In this document: positions 26,736-40,240 of the stretch, one piece after another | Layout: every line of letters starts with the position of its first letter | Position numbering within the stretch: position 1 is the first letter of the stretch | Origin: Geosiphon pyriformis uo1 | Taxonomy: Eukaryota; Fungi; Glomeromycota | NCBI GenBank assembly: GCA_016748015.1 | Contig: JAAOMT010000566.1 | Coordinates: forward strand, 387,115 to 451,114 | Length of the DNA: 64,000 nt | Direction: 5' to 3' | Program-made: the position numbers and the translations under genes | Notes under the pieces: generated by a model | What the model was told of the DNA's origin: nothing | The model's input: only the letters and a program-made list of their open reading frames with translations | The model's database searches: none

Positions 26736-29700
26736 TATTATTTTGATTGGCTCAAATAACTGGTTATATATAGAAAAGATATGAGCCATACTTAATTTAG
26801 AATTTTCTATAATTGTATGTTTTTAGATAGTAGTTAAACTGTATTTGTAAAACTTAATAAAAAAAATAAATTAAACCACTATTATTATACATATTTTTAT
26901 TTTGTCAAAGTTCAATTTTCTTAAAAAAGATATTATTATTTTATTTTATTTTTAGTATTTAATTATTATATTATTTAATTATGTATTAGATAATATTATA
27001 TAATTAATTATTTTATTTTAGAATTAATTGTTAATTTAATTATTAACTTAATGTTTAATTCAATTATTAAATTAATTATTGATTTAATATTTAACTTAAT
27101 TATTAATTTAGCTATTAATTTGATTATTTGTCTTTTTTATTGGCTATATAAGTAAGATTTATCAAGCTATGAAAAAGTAATAAATTATAAAATAACAATT
27201 ATTTTCTTAAAAAATAAGAAATTTGCTTTTATATTCGTTAATTAAACTAATATTGAAAATAAAAAATATTTGGAATAAAATAATAACAGTTGTGTTATTT
27301 TTTATTCTTAAAAAAATTAACAATTTTTATTTTAATACTGATTATTAAATTTCTTAAAAATCAATTTTTTTTTGATTGAATTTTTTTTATCAAATTTTAA
27401 AAACAAGATTTTTAATTTGTTTCAATATTTTTGTAAAATTAATTGCTTAATTTGCTTAATTGATGAACTTGTTTAAAATATTTATTATTATTATAGCTTA
27501 TTTAATTTACTATATATTAAACTTATTTTTTGGTATCTAAACTAAATATTTTTTTAAAAAAATATATAATAATTTTGTGTAATTTATAATTGCAAAAATT
27601 ATTAATTTAAATATTATATTAAAAATAATAACTCTAATTTACAAAAAGTGGTATTTTTTTGGAAACAAATGTATTAAAATGTTATATACAACTTTTTGTT
27701 ATATGTAAAAAGTTTTTTAATAGTTTTAATAATAATTTTACAATTAAATATTGTTTAGAAATTTGATTGACTTGGTCAATTTAACATTAATTTTTTAATA
27801 AAAAACACTAAAAAGATATTATTTGTTATTTTCAGTGATTTAGTAATAATTGATTTATTACAAACCAAAAAATGTATTATCTTTGTAAATCAAATTAATA
27901 ATTATTAATATATAAACTAAACTTTATTTGGTAAATTTGTGATAAAATTTATAAAAATTAATTATTATTAACAAGCAAATGCTATAAAAATTAAAATAGT
28001 ACATAAAATTAATGCTTTAATGTTTTTGTATTTGAACAAATATTTTAAATTGAGATTATTAAAAAATTCGATAATTAATTTAAGAGTTTTATCAATTTCA
28101 AAAGTTAAACTGTAAATAAATTATGTTAATTTCTAATACTTAAAACTTTAAAGTTATATTAAACATTTAATTATTTATTTCTCAATAAAGATTTATTTTC
28201 AAGTTTTAACTATTACAATTATCTTAAAGTATTGTTAAATTATTAAAATTTTTCAATATTTTTAATTTTTAAATTATTTTAAAACCGAACTTATTTGTTT
28301 AAAAATAATGTTAAAAAATATTGTATTTATGAAAATAGATAAAAATTTTAATTAATATTGTTTATTGTTAACTAAAAGTTTATTTGCTATATTTATTTTA
28401 TTTAATAATGTTTTTTAATATCAATTAAACATAATAATTATTTTTGCAAAAACATTAATAAAATAAGAATTTTTAACAAGTAATTAAAATATTAAAAAGT
28501 TTGTAAATTGGTTTAAATAAATTTGAATATTATTTACTAAGTTAATAAAACAATTATATGAATAATGTTTTAGATAGAATATTTTTTTATATCAAAATCA
28601 TTTATAAATTGTTATATTTGTATAGTTAAAATATTTATAATAAGCATAAAAATTGTTTTTTATTGATTTTAAAATTTAATCTGAACAAAATTATAAATAT
28701 TTTTAAATGAGTTTTAAGATAAAATAAAATAGTTGCAAATTTATTGAAAATTCAAAATCAAAAAATCAATGTTTGCTAATTAATTTTATATTTTGTAGTT
28801 TTATTGGTCAAAATAAAAATAAAATAATAATAGTAGAAAATTTAATCAATTTATTAAAAGTAATAATAAATTTTACTATTAAGAATAATAACATTTATTA
28901 TAACATAAAATTGGAAATCATTAATTTTTGGTCTTAAAAGTCTATAATATGTATTGTAATTAGTATATACTTAATTTGTTATTAATTTTATTAATTTTTT
29001 ATTGGTTTTGTCTGATCATCAATTGAATAAACAAATAAAAAATTATTATTAAAAAATATATTTGATAATTTAAAAGAATAAAATTTATTTATTATAATAT
29101 TATTATTTAAATTTTTATTATCAATTTTATTACATTAAAATTGAAAGGATTAATAATGAAAATACAAAATATTTGAGTTTGTATTAAAAAATTCTTAAAA
29201 ACTTTATTTTAATTAAATTAATTAATAAGATAGATTAAAATTTTCTATTTTTGTTAAAAACGTTGTTTAAATGATTTAACATAAATTTTTTTTACAAACA
29301 ACTATATTTATACAAATGAAATTGCAAAGATTTGATCTAAAAAACTGTTTTTAATATAAAATTTCTTTACTAGTTAAAAACCAAATATTTAGCTTTTAAT
29401 ATTATACTTAACCTTTAAATTTTAATCATAATTATAACTTAATTAATTAATATTTCGAAGGTGATTAATGTTGAGAATTCTCTACTTATAAAAAAATTTT
29501 TTATATTTTTTATTTGTTTTGTGCAAGTTTTATTCTGATTTTTATCTGCTTCAATTTTATTTGTTCAAATTTTTACATATTTCAAAAAATTAATTGTAAT
29601 CTAATCCATCTTTTAATTGACTTATTTACATAGCCAACTTTATTAGTAATTCCTTTATTAATCATATATAAAAATTGCTTGCATAACACAAAAATTAGTT

Positions 29701-29952
29701 ATATTAAAAATACTATCACTGAAATTTATTTTGGCAAAATATCCAATTAGAAAGTTCAATTTTAAATCTTTTGCGGAGATCATTTCTATTTTTATTAAGA
29801 TCTAATGAGAAGTGTCGATTTACCGGGTCCCAGTTTTTCTAAAAATTAATTGGTCATCGGGGCTTTTATTCTTACCAGTGTAACCATCAAAAACATTTAC
29901 GTTGATTTTAAATAGAAACAACAGGACTCCCACGCTATCTGTTCTGCTTAGA

Positions 29953-31542
29953 ATGTCTGTGATTTCTTTGCCAACGGAAACTCTGGTTGAAATATTTCAA
30001 TATTTCCAGGATGATAATCATTCGCTCTTTTCTTGCTTAAAAGTAAACCGATTATTTGCGCGAAATAGTGTTTCCATTTTATGGAAATTCCCGTTTAAAC
30101 GCTTCAAAAATGTAAAATCTCATAAGTCTGTTGTTCGAGCACTCCTTTCTTCCATGGATGATACAGAGAAACATGAACGACTTGGCAATATTTCAAACGA
30201 TTTATTGAATGACCTTCCAAAAGCTATTTTCGATTACACGACCTTTATTGCTGAACTAGACGTTGCCAATTTATCAGAAAGCGTTACCGAATGGTATCTT
30301 GGAACACGTCAAAAAGATAAACGTGTTGATTGGCAACATGCTAATATTCAAAAAGCCGTCACTGAACTTTGTCGAACTGTTTTAATATCGTCAAACTGCC
30401 TGATTAGTCTCAAATTATCCGCTCAAACTTCCTTTGTTGTCTTGCCGCATTTCGCCAATTTCCTATATGATCGACCATTGAATTTAAAAAATTTGGAAAT
30501 CTTACGAATTGAAAAACATATGTCCGGGAAATTGGAAAACGCTTTAGAAATTTTTCCTTTACTGACACGTCATTGTCAACATTTGAGCTTGCTATCAGTA
30601 ATGTTCGATTTCAATTATCCCTCAATGATCGATCAAGTCGCTTCTATAATCAAAAATCAATTATACCTTCAAACAGTTCTGATTAAAAACATGGAAACAG
30701 GCTGGGCACCACTTGTATCAGCTTTATCAACCCAACATAAATCTTTAAGGAGAATCGAATTTCATTCATGTGATTTGGATGAACTTCCAGTTAAAGACAT
30801 ATCCTCATTCAATAACTTGAATACACTGGTGTTTATTAATTCTTCCAAAAATCGATCATCAAGCCAACTTTGGACGCCCCTCATGAATGCCAATATCAAA
30901 ATTGAGAAACTTTTTTTCAGCTTCGACATTACCATAGGCTTTGAATTGGAAATTTCGCCCATCATTCAAAAAGCTGGAAAATATTTGCTCGATTTGGTTT
31001 TGCCTGAAAATTGTGAACCTCAAATTTTCAATTATGTTCGGTTCTCGTGTCCTAATCTGCAAAAACTTTCAGTAATTCTTGATAAACTCGATGGTGAGCG
31101 GTATAGATCAGCTCTTGGACTTTTTGCTAACTGTGGAAATCTCAAAGAATTATCATTAAACTATATCAGTGACAATAAGCAAATTCAATATTCTGAACAT
31201 TGGTGTCAACTAGCCAGAATTTTACCAGCAAGTTTGACTGGCATCAATTTTGGGATCGAAATCAACGCAAATGATTTATCTAATTTTTTCGCCAACTCAA
31301 GTTTGCCCAAATTACGAAAAATTGGGTTTTCTTGTGGTGTTCGATACGTTTCAAACCTAATACCTGCCATTATTTCTTTTGCGGAAATTAATCAATGTCA
31401 AATCGAAGTTGGGATCAAACATCGAAATTTTGATTTCTCAGATTTGCCTCAGTATTTATCGCAAAAAGCTGAAGGAAGAATCAAGCCGTTTAGTAATATA
31501 TGGTTTGATAATTATGGCGAATACGATGTGGCTGAATTTTGA
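29953..31542 (+). CDS. F-box / leucine-rich-repeat (RNI-like) protein, 529 aa
   Basis: First ATG at 29953 gives MSVISLPTETLVEIFQYFQDDNHSLFSCLKVNRLF..SILWKFPF (F-box), followed by LRR-like repeats (LKNLEILRI, CPNLQKLSV, CGNLKELSL). Intronless. Confidence 0.9.
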   Translation: MSVISLPTETLVEIFQYFQDDNHSLFSCLKVNRLFARNSVSILWKFPFKRFKNVKSHKSVVRALLSSMDDTEKHERLGNISNDLLNDLPKAIFDYTTFIAELDVANLSESVTEWYLGTRQKDKRVDWQHANIQKAVTELCRTVLISSNCLISLKLSAQTSFVVLPHFANFLYDRPLNLKNLEILRIEKHMSGKLENALEIFPLLTRHCQHLSLLSVMFDFNYPSMIDQVASIIKNQLYLQTVLIKNMETGWAPLVSALSTQHKSLRRIEFHSCDLDELPVKDISSFNNLNTLVFINSSKNRSSSQLWTPLMNANIKIEKLFFSFDITIGFELEISPIIQKAGKYLLDLVLPENCEPQIFNYVRFSCPNLQKLSVILDKLDGERYRSALGLFANCGNLKELSLNYISDNKQIQYSEHWCQLARILPASLTGINFGIEINANDLSNFFANSSLPKLRKIGFSCGVRYVSNLIPAIISFAEINQCQIEVGIKHRNFDFSDLPQYLSQKAEGRIKPFSNIWFDNYGEYDVAEF

Positions 31543-34229
31543 GCAATCGATAATCTAAACTTGAATTTGAAAGAAAAAGCCGAATTTCCCATAGTTATTT
31601 AGGTTTTTGGTCTTGCGTAGTTGTGAAGATTTTTCATTTCTTAAAATCTAGTTTCTTATTTACCACACTTATTAAAACTTTGAACAATCAACCAATAGAA
31701 AATTAAGCGCAAGTGAAATTTAACCCTAATAAATTACCTCAAATTAATATTAAATATATACTATCACAATAAAGGGGCCAATTAGTTTAATGATTCCAAT
31801 TTTATTAAATTTGACCAAAAAGTTAATAGAATAAAAAGAAGTTGATTTAAAATTGAAACAAAAAAGAAAAAATTGTAACAAATTTCAAAAATAGAGATTT
31901 TGATCAAAAAGTAAAATTCATATATCACAAAATATTATAATTTATAATTTTTGTTTTAAGTTTATTCAAAAAAATTTTATTTAAATGCTTTTCTGAATTT
32001 GGCTGCATTACTTTGTAAAAAATTTCTTAAACAAAAAGCTTTGCGATGTTATTTCAAAAAATTCATTTTCCTCTTGTTCACCTTCGAAGAGTCGTAATTA
32101 TAAAGTACCTACAGGTATTTTGAAAAAATTGAATTTTAAAATATAAATTTATAATAGCTTTTATTTTAATCTAAACATAGTTTTTATCTTTGAATTTGTT
32201 ACCAGTGCTTTATGTTAAAACAATGACAGGAAAATAAGTTTTTAATAGCAAATGAAAAATTATTTCAATTCAAAAAGAATGAAGTTAAATATATATAATT
32301 TTAAAATCAAATTTTCTTAATTTAGATAGAAAACTAATGGTGGCAACACATTTAGCAAAATTTGTCGCGTTACCAAGAAAAGACGATGCGTAAAATTATT
32401 TTTGGTTTACCTCTGATGACGCATAACTTCCTATTTATTCCTCCGCCATCCCACTTTGATCTTTCCATCCATTTTCTTTACTTACCTAATGAATTCTAGC
32501 CTCGTAAGATTAAAACGTGAAGTCGTTGAGTACTTTTGGCCCAAAGGTCACCACAATGCAACTGAAATTGCCAAAAACAAAACATAGGTTAAAGAAACGC
32601 ATCCGAACTTCAAATGAACTGTCCGCAATGAGCTTTTAAGGCTTGTCTATATTTCAATTCTGCTCAGACCTGTCTCCATTTAAACTACGTAAGGTCTTAT
32701 TCTTCTAAAAACACTTTTTTATTATGTTCTCATGATAGACAACTTATACATGTAGCACTAATTGTAAAGCAGCGAACATGAAAATATTGATTTTTATCTA
32801 TTTGAATCATCATATTTATGATAAAATACTAAACAACTATTTGAAAATGTCGTCAGGAGATATAGACATTAGGGGGTATTTCAACAGGATAATTCCAAGA
32901 AAGACTTCTATGTTGTGTTCTACGATGAGCATTACATAGTTCAAAATTCTTCCATTGAGAATATTTGTGTTTTGAACCATAACATAGTAAAAAAAAGAAA
33001 TATATTATGGCAAAAAAGCATGTTTCAGGAAGTTTTTATTGAGCTAGTGGAAAAAAGTGGCCAAACCTTCTAGAGTAGATCCTTTCTAATATTTGCAGCA
33101 TGCTTTTTGGTGTTCAATATTGTTTAGATGCAGAAAAAAGCTATAATACATATTTATATTATAGAATATCAAGGTATGTTGAATAAAAAAATTTTCAAGG
33201 GTTTGTGATGAAAAATTGTGCCATACAAAAAAATTGCTCACCATTACTTTATACTAGGAGACAAAAAAATATATATTAAGAATATAAAATATTATCAAAT
33301 ATATATGAATCAAAAATCCCATTATAACTATTGCCTTTTCTTTTAATAAATCTCAAAGAATGAGTCAAAAACTTTCACTTAGAATTTATTTTAATTTGAA
33401 AAAGTTTTTTCAAAATTTTTTATTCACGTATTTAAAGAAATTAATTATTAAGAATTCTATCATTTAATTTTTAAGAAATAGCACTGCAATTAATTTTTAA
33501 TTTCTCAAAACACCCCGCCATTATAAAAATAAGTGTCAGCAATAATTACATTTAAATACATTATACAATATGGAACAATTGCTTTTACAAAATTATGGGC
33601 ATATTATGAAAACAGAAAAAAATGGCAAGATTCAACTATCTCGCCATTGAGGAATTATGAATGAGATGTAGATTAAATTTGAAATATTTTTTTTTCTTAA
33701 GAAAACATTAAAAAAACTATATTACATATTATTAAAATATCTCTTTGTTTATAATAAATCAATCAACTTTTTGCAAAATTCAATTAAAGATGACATCTCA
33801 ATTAATATAATATTTAATTGCAATTACAAATTAATTACAACTTATTTGTCACATTTGTAATTTTATTTTATAAACAATTTTTTCCACAATCATATTAAGC
33901 CAAAATCATGATTAAAGCTCATTTCACTTTTTCCAATAATATTTTTATTTGCTTTATTTAAATAACTGATATTTTATTTTCATCCAACAAGACTATTTAT
34001 TTTTAATTGTCAATTGATCAATTTTTGTATTTTTTTTATTCAAGAAAAATTAATAATTTAAAAAAAATTGCAAAATTAATCAAATTTTGGTTTATCAAAA
34101 CTATAATTTTTTTTTGTTTATATATTTATTAAAGTAAAGTTATTTGTAATTGTTTTAATCTTATTAATTTGTGTATATATATTTTGTAATTATTTGTTGT
34201 TTCAGTCACTTTTATTAAATTTTTTAATT

Positions 34230-34231
<2 letters not shown>

Positions 34232-34266
<35 letters not shown>
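34232..34266. repeat. (ATT)n microsatellite (imperfect)
   Basis: Run of ATT units seen directly. Confidence 0.7.
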
Positions 34267-34268
<2 letters not shown>

Positions 34269-34390
34269 TAAATTATCAGTACAATTATAATCAAAAATTG
34301 CTAAAAAATCTTAAATTATATTTAATTGTTGCATAGGGAACGGGTCTGATTACCCACGGCGAAATTGAGGACGGCATTATGAAAAAATTA

Positions 34391-35102
34391 CCGTAAACTC
34401 CCGTGAATAAGCAACACCCTACGTCATCAATTTTGGATCGATTTTTTAGGGGGGTTGCTTATTTACGAGACTTTTTGAATACTTAATGCCTATTGGTCCA
34501 ATGGTTAAATTATTCACTGTGCATATATCTATTACGAATTTCAATCGCGTCGCTAATTTATTGACCATCTGGTTGAGCCATTTCATTGGTATTAGAAGCT
34601 GATATTTCGATTATTATAAATGTGATGAAATAGATACTTGTGTGAAACGCAACAACACAAAAATAATACCTTTGGATGAGGCATGATTTCGAGCAGTATA
34701 TACTGTAGCACTTGTAATGTTGATCTTAAGAAACTTGGGTTCATTGTAGCAAAAATTATAAAGTCGAGTTTCGAATTGGAAATTGGATTATGAGACTCAG
34801 AATCTTAATAAATTTCTATTTGATCAATATACTATATTAATTCCAAAGGATTTCTAATTTGTGATTACGTAACCTCTTTGTATCCTAAACATGTGATTTG
34901 ACGTATTCGTCTAATTTTTGGCACTTGTTCCCATTAAATTACTGTAGCGAAATTAATAAGAAGAATTTCGACTTAAATAAATAAATAAAAATTTATTTTG
35001 GTATATATAAAGGGGTTGCTTATTCAACTTTTCTAAGACTTTTAGACTTAAAGAGGGAGGGTTGCTTATTCACAGTGATTGCTTATTCACGGGAGTTTAC
35101 GT
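34391..35102. mobile_element. Non-autonomous Tc1/mariner(pogo)-type MITE, ~712 bp
   Basis: TIRs CCGTAAACTCCCGTGAATAAGCAA / TTGCTTATTCACGGGAGTTTACGT flanked by TA on both sides. Internal GGGTTGCTTATT copies at ~34452, ~35013 and ~35059. No ORF. Confidence 0.85.
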
Positions 35103-37331
35103 TAAGGTTAATTAATGTAAAATTTGGATTTATTTTTTTTAATAAAACAAAAAAAAATTGCATTTTTTAATTTTATTTTATTCTGATTAGCAATAACAAA
35201 TTATTATTTTTTGGTAAATATTTGTTTTTCAAACTATTTATTTTCATTAAAAATTTATTTTTTATTTTTTAGAATTTACAAATTAAATTAATTGGTGAGA
35301 AAAAGTAAATATATAAATCTTATGTTTTACAATTTGATTTAATTTGATTAATGATAATCATAATTTTTATCTTTGAATATTATTACAATTGAAAAAACTT
35401 TTTTTTTTATTAAATATTTGTTTTTTTAGAAATTTTTTCTGGTAATATTTTTTTTCTGCAAAATATTTTTTATACTATGGTATACACCCATTTGGACTCA
35501 TTGATAATTTTGAGGTTTACAACTAATAAAAAGACAAAACTAGCTTATTTTTTTTTAAATTATTGGAACAAGTTTTTATAAATTGTATATTTTCCAAGAA
35601 AATTATTATAATTGAATAAACTTGAGATGACTTTAAACAAATATGTAGAAAATAGCGTCAGTAATCGAACTTTGGTTAGGTTCATTACAATACCAAAATT
35701 AATGCATGCTCCCATTGGCAACTTACAAACAGACAAACAAACAAGCAAACAAACAAGGGGTTAATTAAATCGATAAAGTGGTAGTGTGAGTTTATGATCC
35801 AATAAACATCTTACTAATATATATAATTCCAATGAATTTTACTGACCTGAATTGAGGTTGAACCCAAAAAAGTCCAGAGTGTTTTATAATTTAATATTCA
35901 ACTAAGTAATGAAGCAAATTTTTTTTATATCGAAAAAAAGAGTTTTAAATATTTAAATTTTGGGTGCAAATATATATAAAGATTTACGTAATTTTTTTTA
36001 AAGTATAGTTTTCTTGAAAAGCTGCTGTTTCTATACTTTCCCATTAGTTTCCTGTTATACAATTCATGGTAACATTAAAATATGACAATATTTATTAACA
36101 AAATGAGAATAAAAATATGAGAATAAAAATTCATTGTAACATTAAAATATGGCCCTTGATCCACAATATTCATTGGCAAAATGAGAATAAAACTAGACGG
36201 ATAAGGAATCATTGAGATTTCAGGCTTCTAGACCATTTTATCATATTGGATGGTTTCTTAAAAGTAGTTAGATTAAAATAGCTTTTTCAGAAAATATATT
36301 TGGTCAAAATTTAGATTGTTACCTATGAAAAATGATAATATCTCTTGTAGAGTTAAAATTTACATTAATCCAATTTAGATATAAATTAATTTACCAAAAA
36401 AAGTTTAAAAAACAAAATTTGATTCTTTTTTAAATTAAATTATCTCCTAGAGGCCAAACAGAATAAATGAGAACTTTTATTTGTTGTTTCATATCCTTTT
36501 GTAAAAAAAATATTAATGTAAATAATGACTTAATTTAACATAAAAAAAGTAAGATTACCTTTTATATCAGAGAGTTACTATATTTTCTTTTCTTTATAAA
36601 AAGGGTTTTAACCAAAAAGTTAACTGAAAAGAAATGAAATTGAATAGTAATTTTTGACATTTTAATCATGCGGGTCTTTTGGAATATATTTAGAAAGAAG
36701 TGCTCATATCATCACAAAAAAAACATGATTTTTTGCTTATTCTATACGTTTCTTGTTTATGTATTTCTGTAAGCATAGGTGGTGTTACTGTCTGTTGGTC
36801 AATTGCTATCGTAATTATGATCGCTTTGATGCTTCTTCAAAATTTTTAGGCAAGGCACCTGTACGCCAATTTCCTTGATTCTTTTGAAGGACTTCTTCTG
36901 AAAGTGTTGGAGACGGAGTTTTGTGGAGATGACCAACACGTTTTTGTGACCTGTACTTTCAATTTTTTTTATTTCATTTACCTTATTTTACAAATTTTTG
37001 AATGATTTAGGGCTGTGCATTTTATTTTTCTATCTTTTGATAGTTCTGTACAGTCATTCAAAAAATAAATCTTTTTTTAACATCTAACAGACGAGTTGCA
37101 CGAATTTATTTTTGGTTCGTAAAATGTTCAAAGCCATTGGAAATCATAATAAGAATAAGAATAATATGTATTTCCCGATTCGTATAGCGCACACTATGGG
37201 TCAAGTTCGCTATTTGTATACATAAGAGAATGACAACCAAACTTAATTTAGCTGATTAAGAACCTTCTTTACCCTATTCCTTTTTTAAAATAAAAATTAT
37301 TATGATCATTACGTCTATTTTTTTGTATTTA

Positions 37332-37353
37332 GGTTGTTGTTGTTGTTGTTGTT
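37332..37353. repeat. (GTT)7 microsatellite just upstream of the TATA box (37372) of the 37502 gene
   Basis: Seen directly. Confidence 0.8.
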
Positions 37354-37501
37354 GAATAACGGAGAAAAGGGTATAAAAATGGTGAATAGACTACGATAAA
37401 AATTTAAAAAAAGAGATTTTTAGCTCTCTAATTACAAATATTAATATAATTCTGGTTCTTCTTTAACTTTTATAACGAAATCCAAAAGCTAAATAAACAT
37501 A

Positions 37502-38131
37502 ATGACTACTAAATTAATTTCTATTACGTACATCTGTATCGTCATTCTTCTTTTATGCAAATTCTCGGCATCAATCCCTATTCCCCAAGACGTCAACGCC
37601 GACCCAAAGAAAGTGGTAACTGGCAACGAGAATAATGGTGATGACTCTAAAGGTATCATTAACGGAAGCTTAAACTTTAATAATCCCAATAGCACCACGG
37701 ATAAATTTACTGCTAACAAAAACAATGGAAGCAACTCCAAGGGTGAAATAAACGGAAGCATAAACATCGATAAGTCAAGGAATGGCGACAAGCCCAAAGA
37801 GATAAATCTTAACGAGAATATTGGCAGTAATTCTACAGGTGTTATTAAAGGAAGCATTAATTATATTGCAAAGGGTCCTATTACTATTCCTACTACTCCT
37901 ACTACTACAAAGCAAGGTGCTATTGGAGAAAGTCCCGAAATTCCTGCAAGTGTGGCTGCAACCAAGGAACAAAATGTTGGATCCTTCAACATAGTCGATA
38001 ACGGTATAGATCCACTTCCTATTGGTAACTCAAAGGAGTGTATTTTAGAAGGATCTGTTCACTATGTTGGTCCAGATCCAGACCGTCTTTTATCCAAGTG
38101 TAAAATTATTGGAACCTTTGCTGCTAACTAA
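37502..38131 (+). CDS. Secreted protein with 3-4 diverged copies of the KEP repeat motif (no KR sites)
   Basis: Signal peptide; motifs GNENNGDDSKGIINGSLN, ANKNNGSNSKGEINGSIN, LNENIGSNSTGVIKGSIN and weaker GNSKECILEGSVH; Thr/Pro linker; TATAAAAA at 37372. Confidence 0.85.
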   Translation: MTTKLISITYICIVILLLCKFSASIPIPQDVNADPKKVVTGNENNGDDSKGIINGSLNFNNPNSTTDKFTANKNNGSNSKGEINGSINIDKSRNGDKPKEINLNENIGSNSTGVIKGSINYIAKGPITIPTTPTTTKQGAIGESPEIPASVAATKEQNVGSFNIVDNGIDPLPIGNSKECILEGSVHYVGPDPDRLLSKCKIIGTFAAN

Positions 38132-39769
38132 TTAATTAAAAAGGAAGTAAACCATTAAAATTTTAATATAATTAGATAAAATGTATTTTATTCTTCACTA
38201 TTAGAAAATTTTGAAATAACTATGTAAACTAGCTTTGTATTTAGTATTAAAAAATTAAAAAATTATTTTTGATCTAGCTTCAGCTAAAAGTTTTCAAAGA
38301 CAACCTCAAAGAGAATAGCTTGATAAAAGATTAATCCGCTAGTGGGTGTTTTACCATGTTCGAAGAAATTTTTTTTCATGCAAGTTGCCCTCATTTCAGT
38401 TCGAAAAATAAATGAAGGCGGTAATATTTTTTTCATAATGTCAAATAATCATTTATTAGATCCAACATGTACATGTATTAAAAATAAATGATGTGTTTAT
38501 GTTTTAAATAAATAAAGAACATACCTTTCTGATTTAGATTTAGATTTAATTTGAAACTTATGATGATATGAAACTTATTTTGATTTATTGTTTTAATTAA
38601 GTAAAATTATTCAAAAATAATTAGGGGTGGGAAATCAAATGATCGAGTCACATTTATCAGAAATTCCTTTATTATAATAATAATAATAATAATTATTATT
38701 CAGATGAGGGATTCATGAAAGTTTGAGTAAATACTCTCTCAAAATAAAATTAGCTATTTTTACCATTTCTGGTAATAATCCAAAACAATATCTAATTTTT
38801 AAAGAGATTGTGGTCAAGAAAAAGCAAAAATTCACGCATGCTTCTATGGGAAAAAAAAGAAATGACGGTTGAATTTTGATGTCAGCTTAAAAGAATATTA
38901 GATTAGAAATTTGGCGCTGTTTGACAAGAAATTAAAGGGTTTGAAATTTTGCAAATATAGCTAGCTCTCAATTTACCATTATTAAAAGCTAATTATTTCA
39001 GCTCCGTTTGGAAGGGATATAATTTAAGTAATGGATCGGACCAACCTTTTAAAGGACCGGTAACAAATTTTGTTCCATTGAAAAAAAGTAGGGAAAAACA
39101 TACCTTTTTGAACATTCTAGAACTATAATACAAACGAAAAAAGTCATAAATCTGTGTTAGTGAAAAGCAAATATCAGACTCTAGTTCAGAAAAATCTGGT
39201 CGTCAATTTTTTTCATCCTTCATGTTAATACTTGCTAATACCTTATCAGAAATATAAAATTAAATTAAAAATATTGACCATTTGAAATTCAATTGGCTCT
39301 CCAAAGTTACCTTCATTAATATATCCAAGTTAATGATAAAAAGATTATTTCTTAACGTAAGCTTGATAATTTTCTATTTGAAAAACTATGCTCATAAACA
39401 ATTATTATAGTTCATTTAAGAATAATTAAAGTTTCAGTTTTACACGAAATATCAAACTAGTTTTATCAATTAATTTTAAAATAAAACAATGATTCATTTA
39501 AGTTATTCGACCATTTTGTTATTAATATATGTCAAAATTTAAACAGCATAGAATTTTTTATTTATTAGTATAAAAAATAGAATTGTTTTTCAAAAAATGG
39601 TTAATCATACTTATCTTATTAAAAATAAATTTTTAAAGTAAAATTTATACATAAATAACTTTTCAAAATTTTTTTAGTTAAATAATTGTTGAATTCTAAA
39701 TTAATTGACAAAATATTCAATCAATTTGCTCTATTTTTAATCAATCATTTCATTATTACCCAATAATAA

Positions 39770-40240
39770 GATGGCCAGTTTGTCTAAGATACTGAAAACA
39801 TTTTGGCAGATCAGTTATTATGTTGCTTAATTTATTTAATATGATTTTAATCAAAGAGGAAATGCCTAATGTTAAGCTGATCGCTTTGATTAATACTGCG
39901 AAAAAAAATACTTTTAAAGATACTAGTAAATCGAATTTCTGAAATATGTAAAAGCAAAAAATTCTTATAGATGATAATTTTCAGTTCTGAAAGAAACTTT
40001 AACATGAATACCTATCTTTGCCATTGAATTTTTAATCAAGGATGCTATAAAGAAAAATAAAAAACTTTGGATCTTTTATAGAACATGAAAAATGCTTATA
40101 ACTCAGTAGAATAGTCACATCTAAAATGGTGTTTTGAACAAATAAAATAAAGGTTTTTAAAATTTTTTTAAAAAGCTGCACAATAACAGATACAATAGAA
40201 TTATAACTTTATTTGGCTTTATTGAGGCTATATAGTTACA
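39770..40240 (+). mobile_element. Degenerate LINE reverse-transcriptase fragment
   Basis: Fragments KLIALINTAKK..DDNF/SVLKETLT*IPIFAI..KKLWI..NMKNAYNSVE*, homologous to the RT segment at 23645-23890. Confidence 0.75.

Noticed and set aside
29902-29952. TTG-initiated N-terminal extension of the F-box ORF
   Set aside because: Eukaryotic gene; the ATG at 29953 starts right at the F-box.
32330-33250. Moderately GC-richer stretch with coding-like fragments (also 50600-51000, 57060-57180, 59588-59851)
   Set aside because: No continuous frame or family motif I could support.
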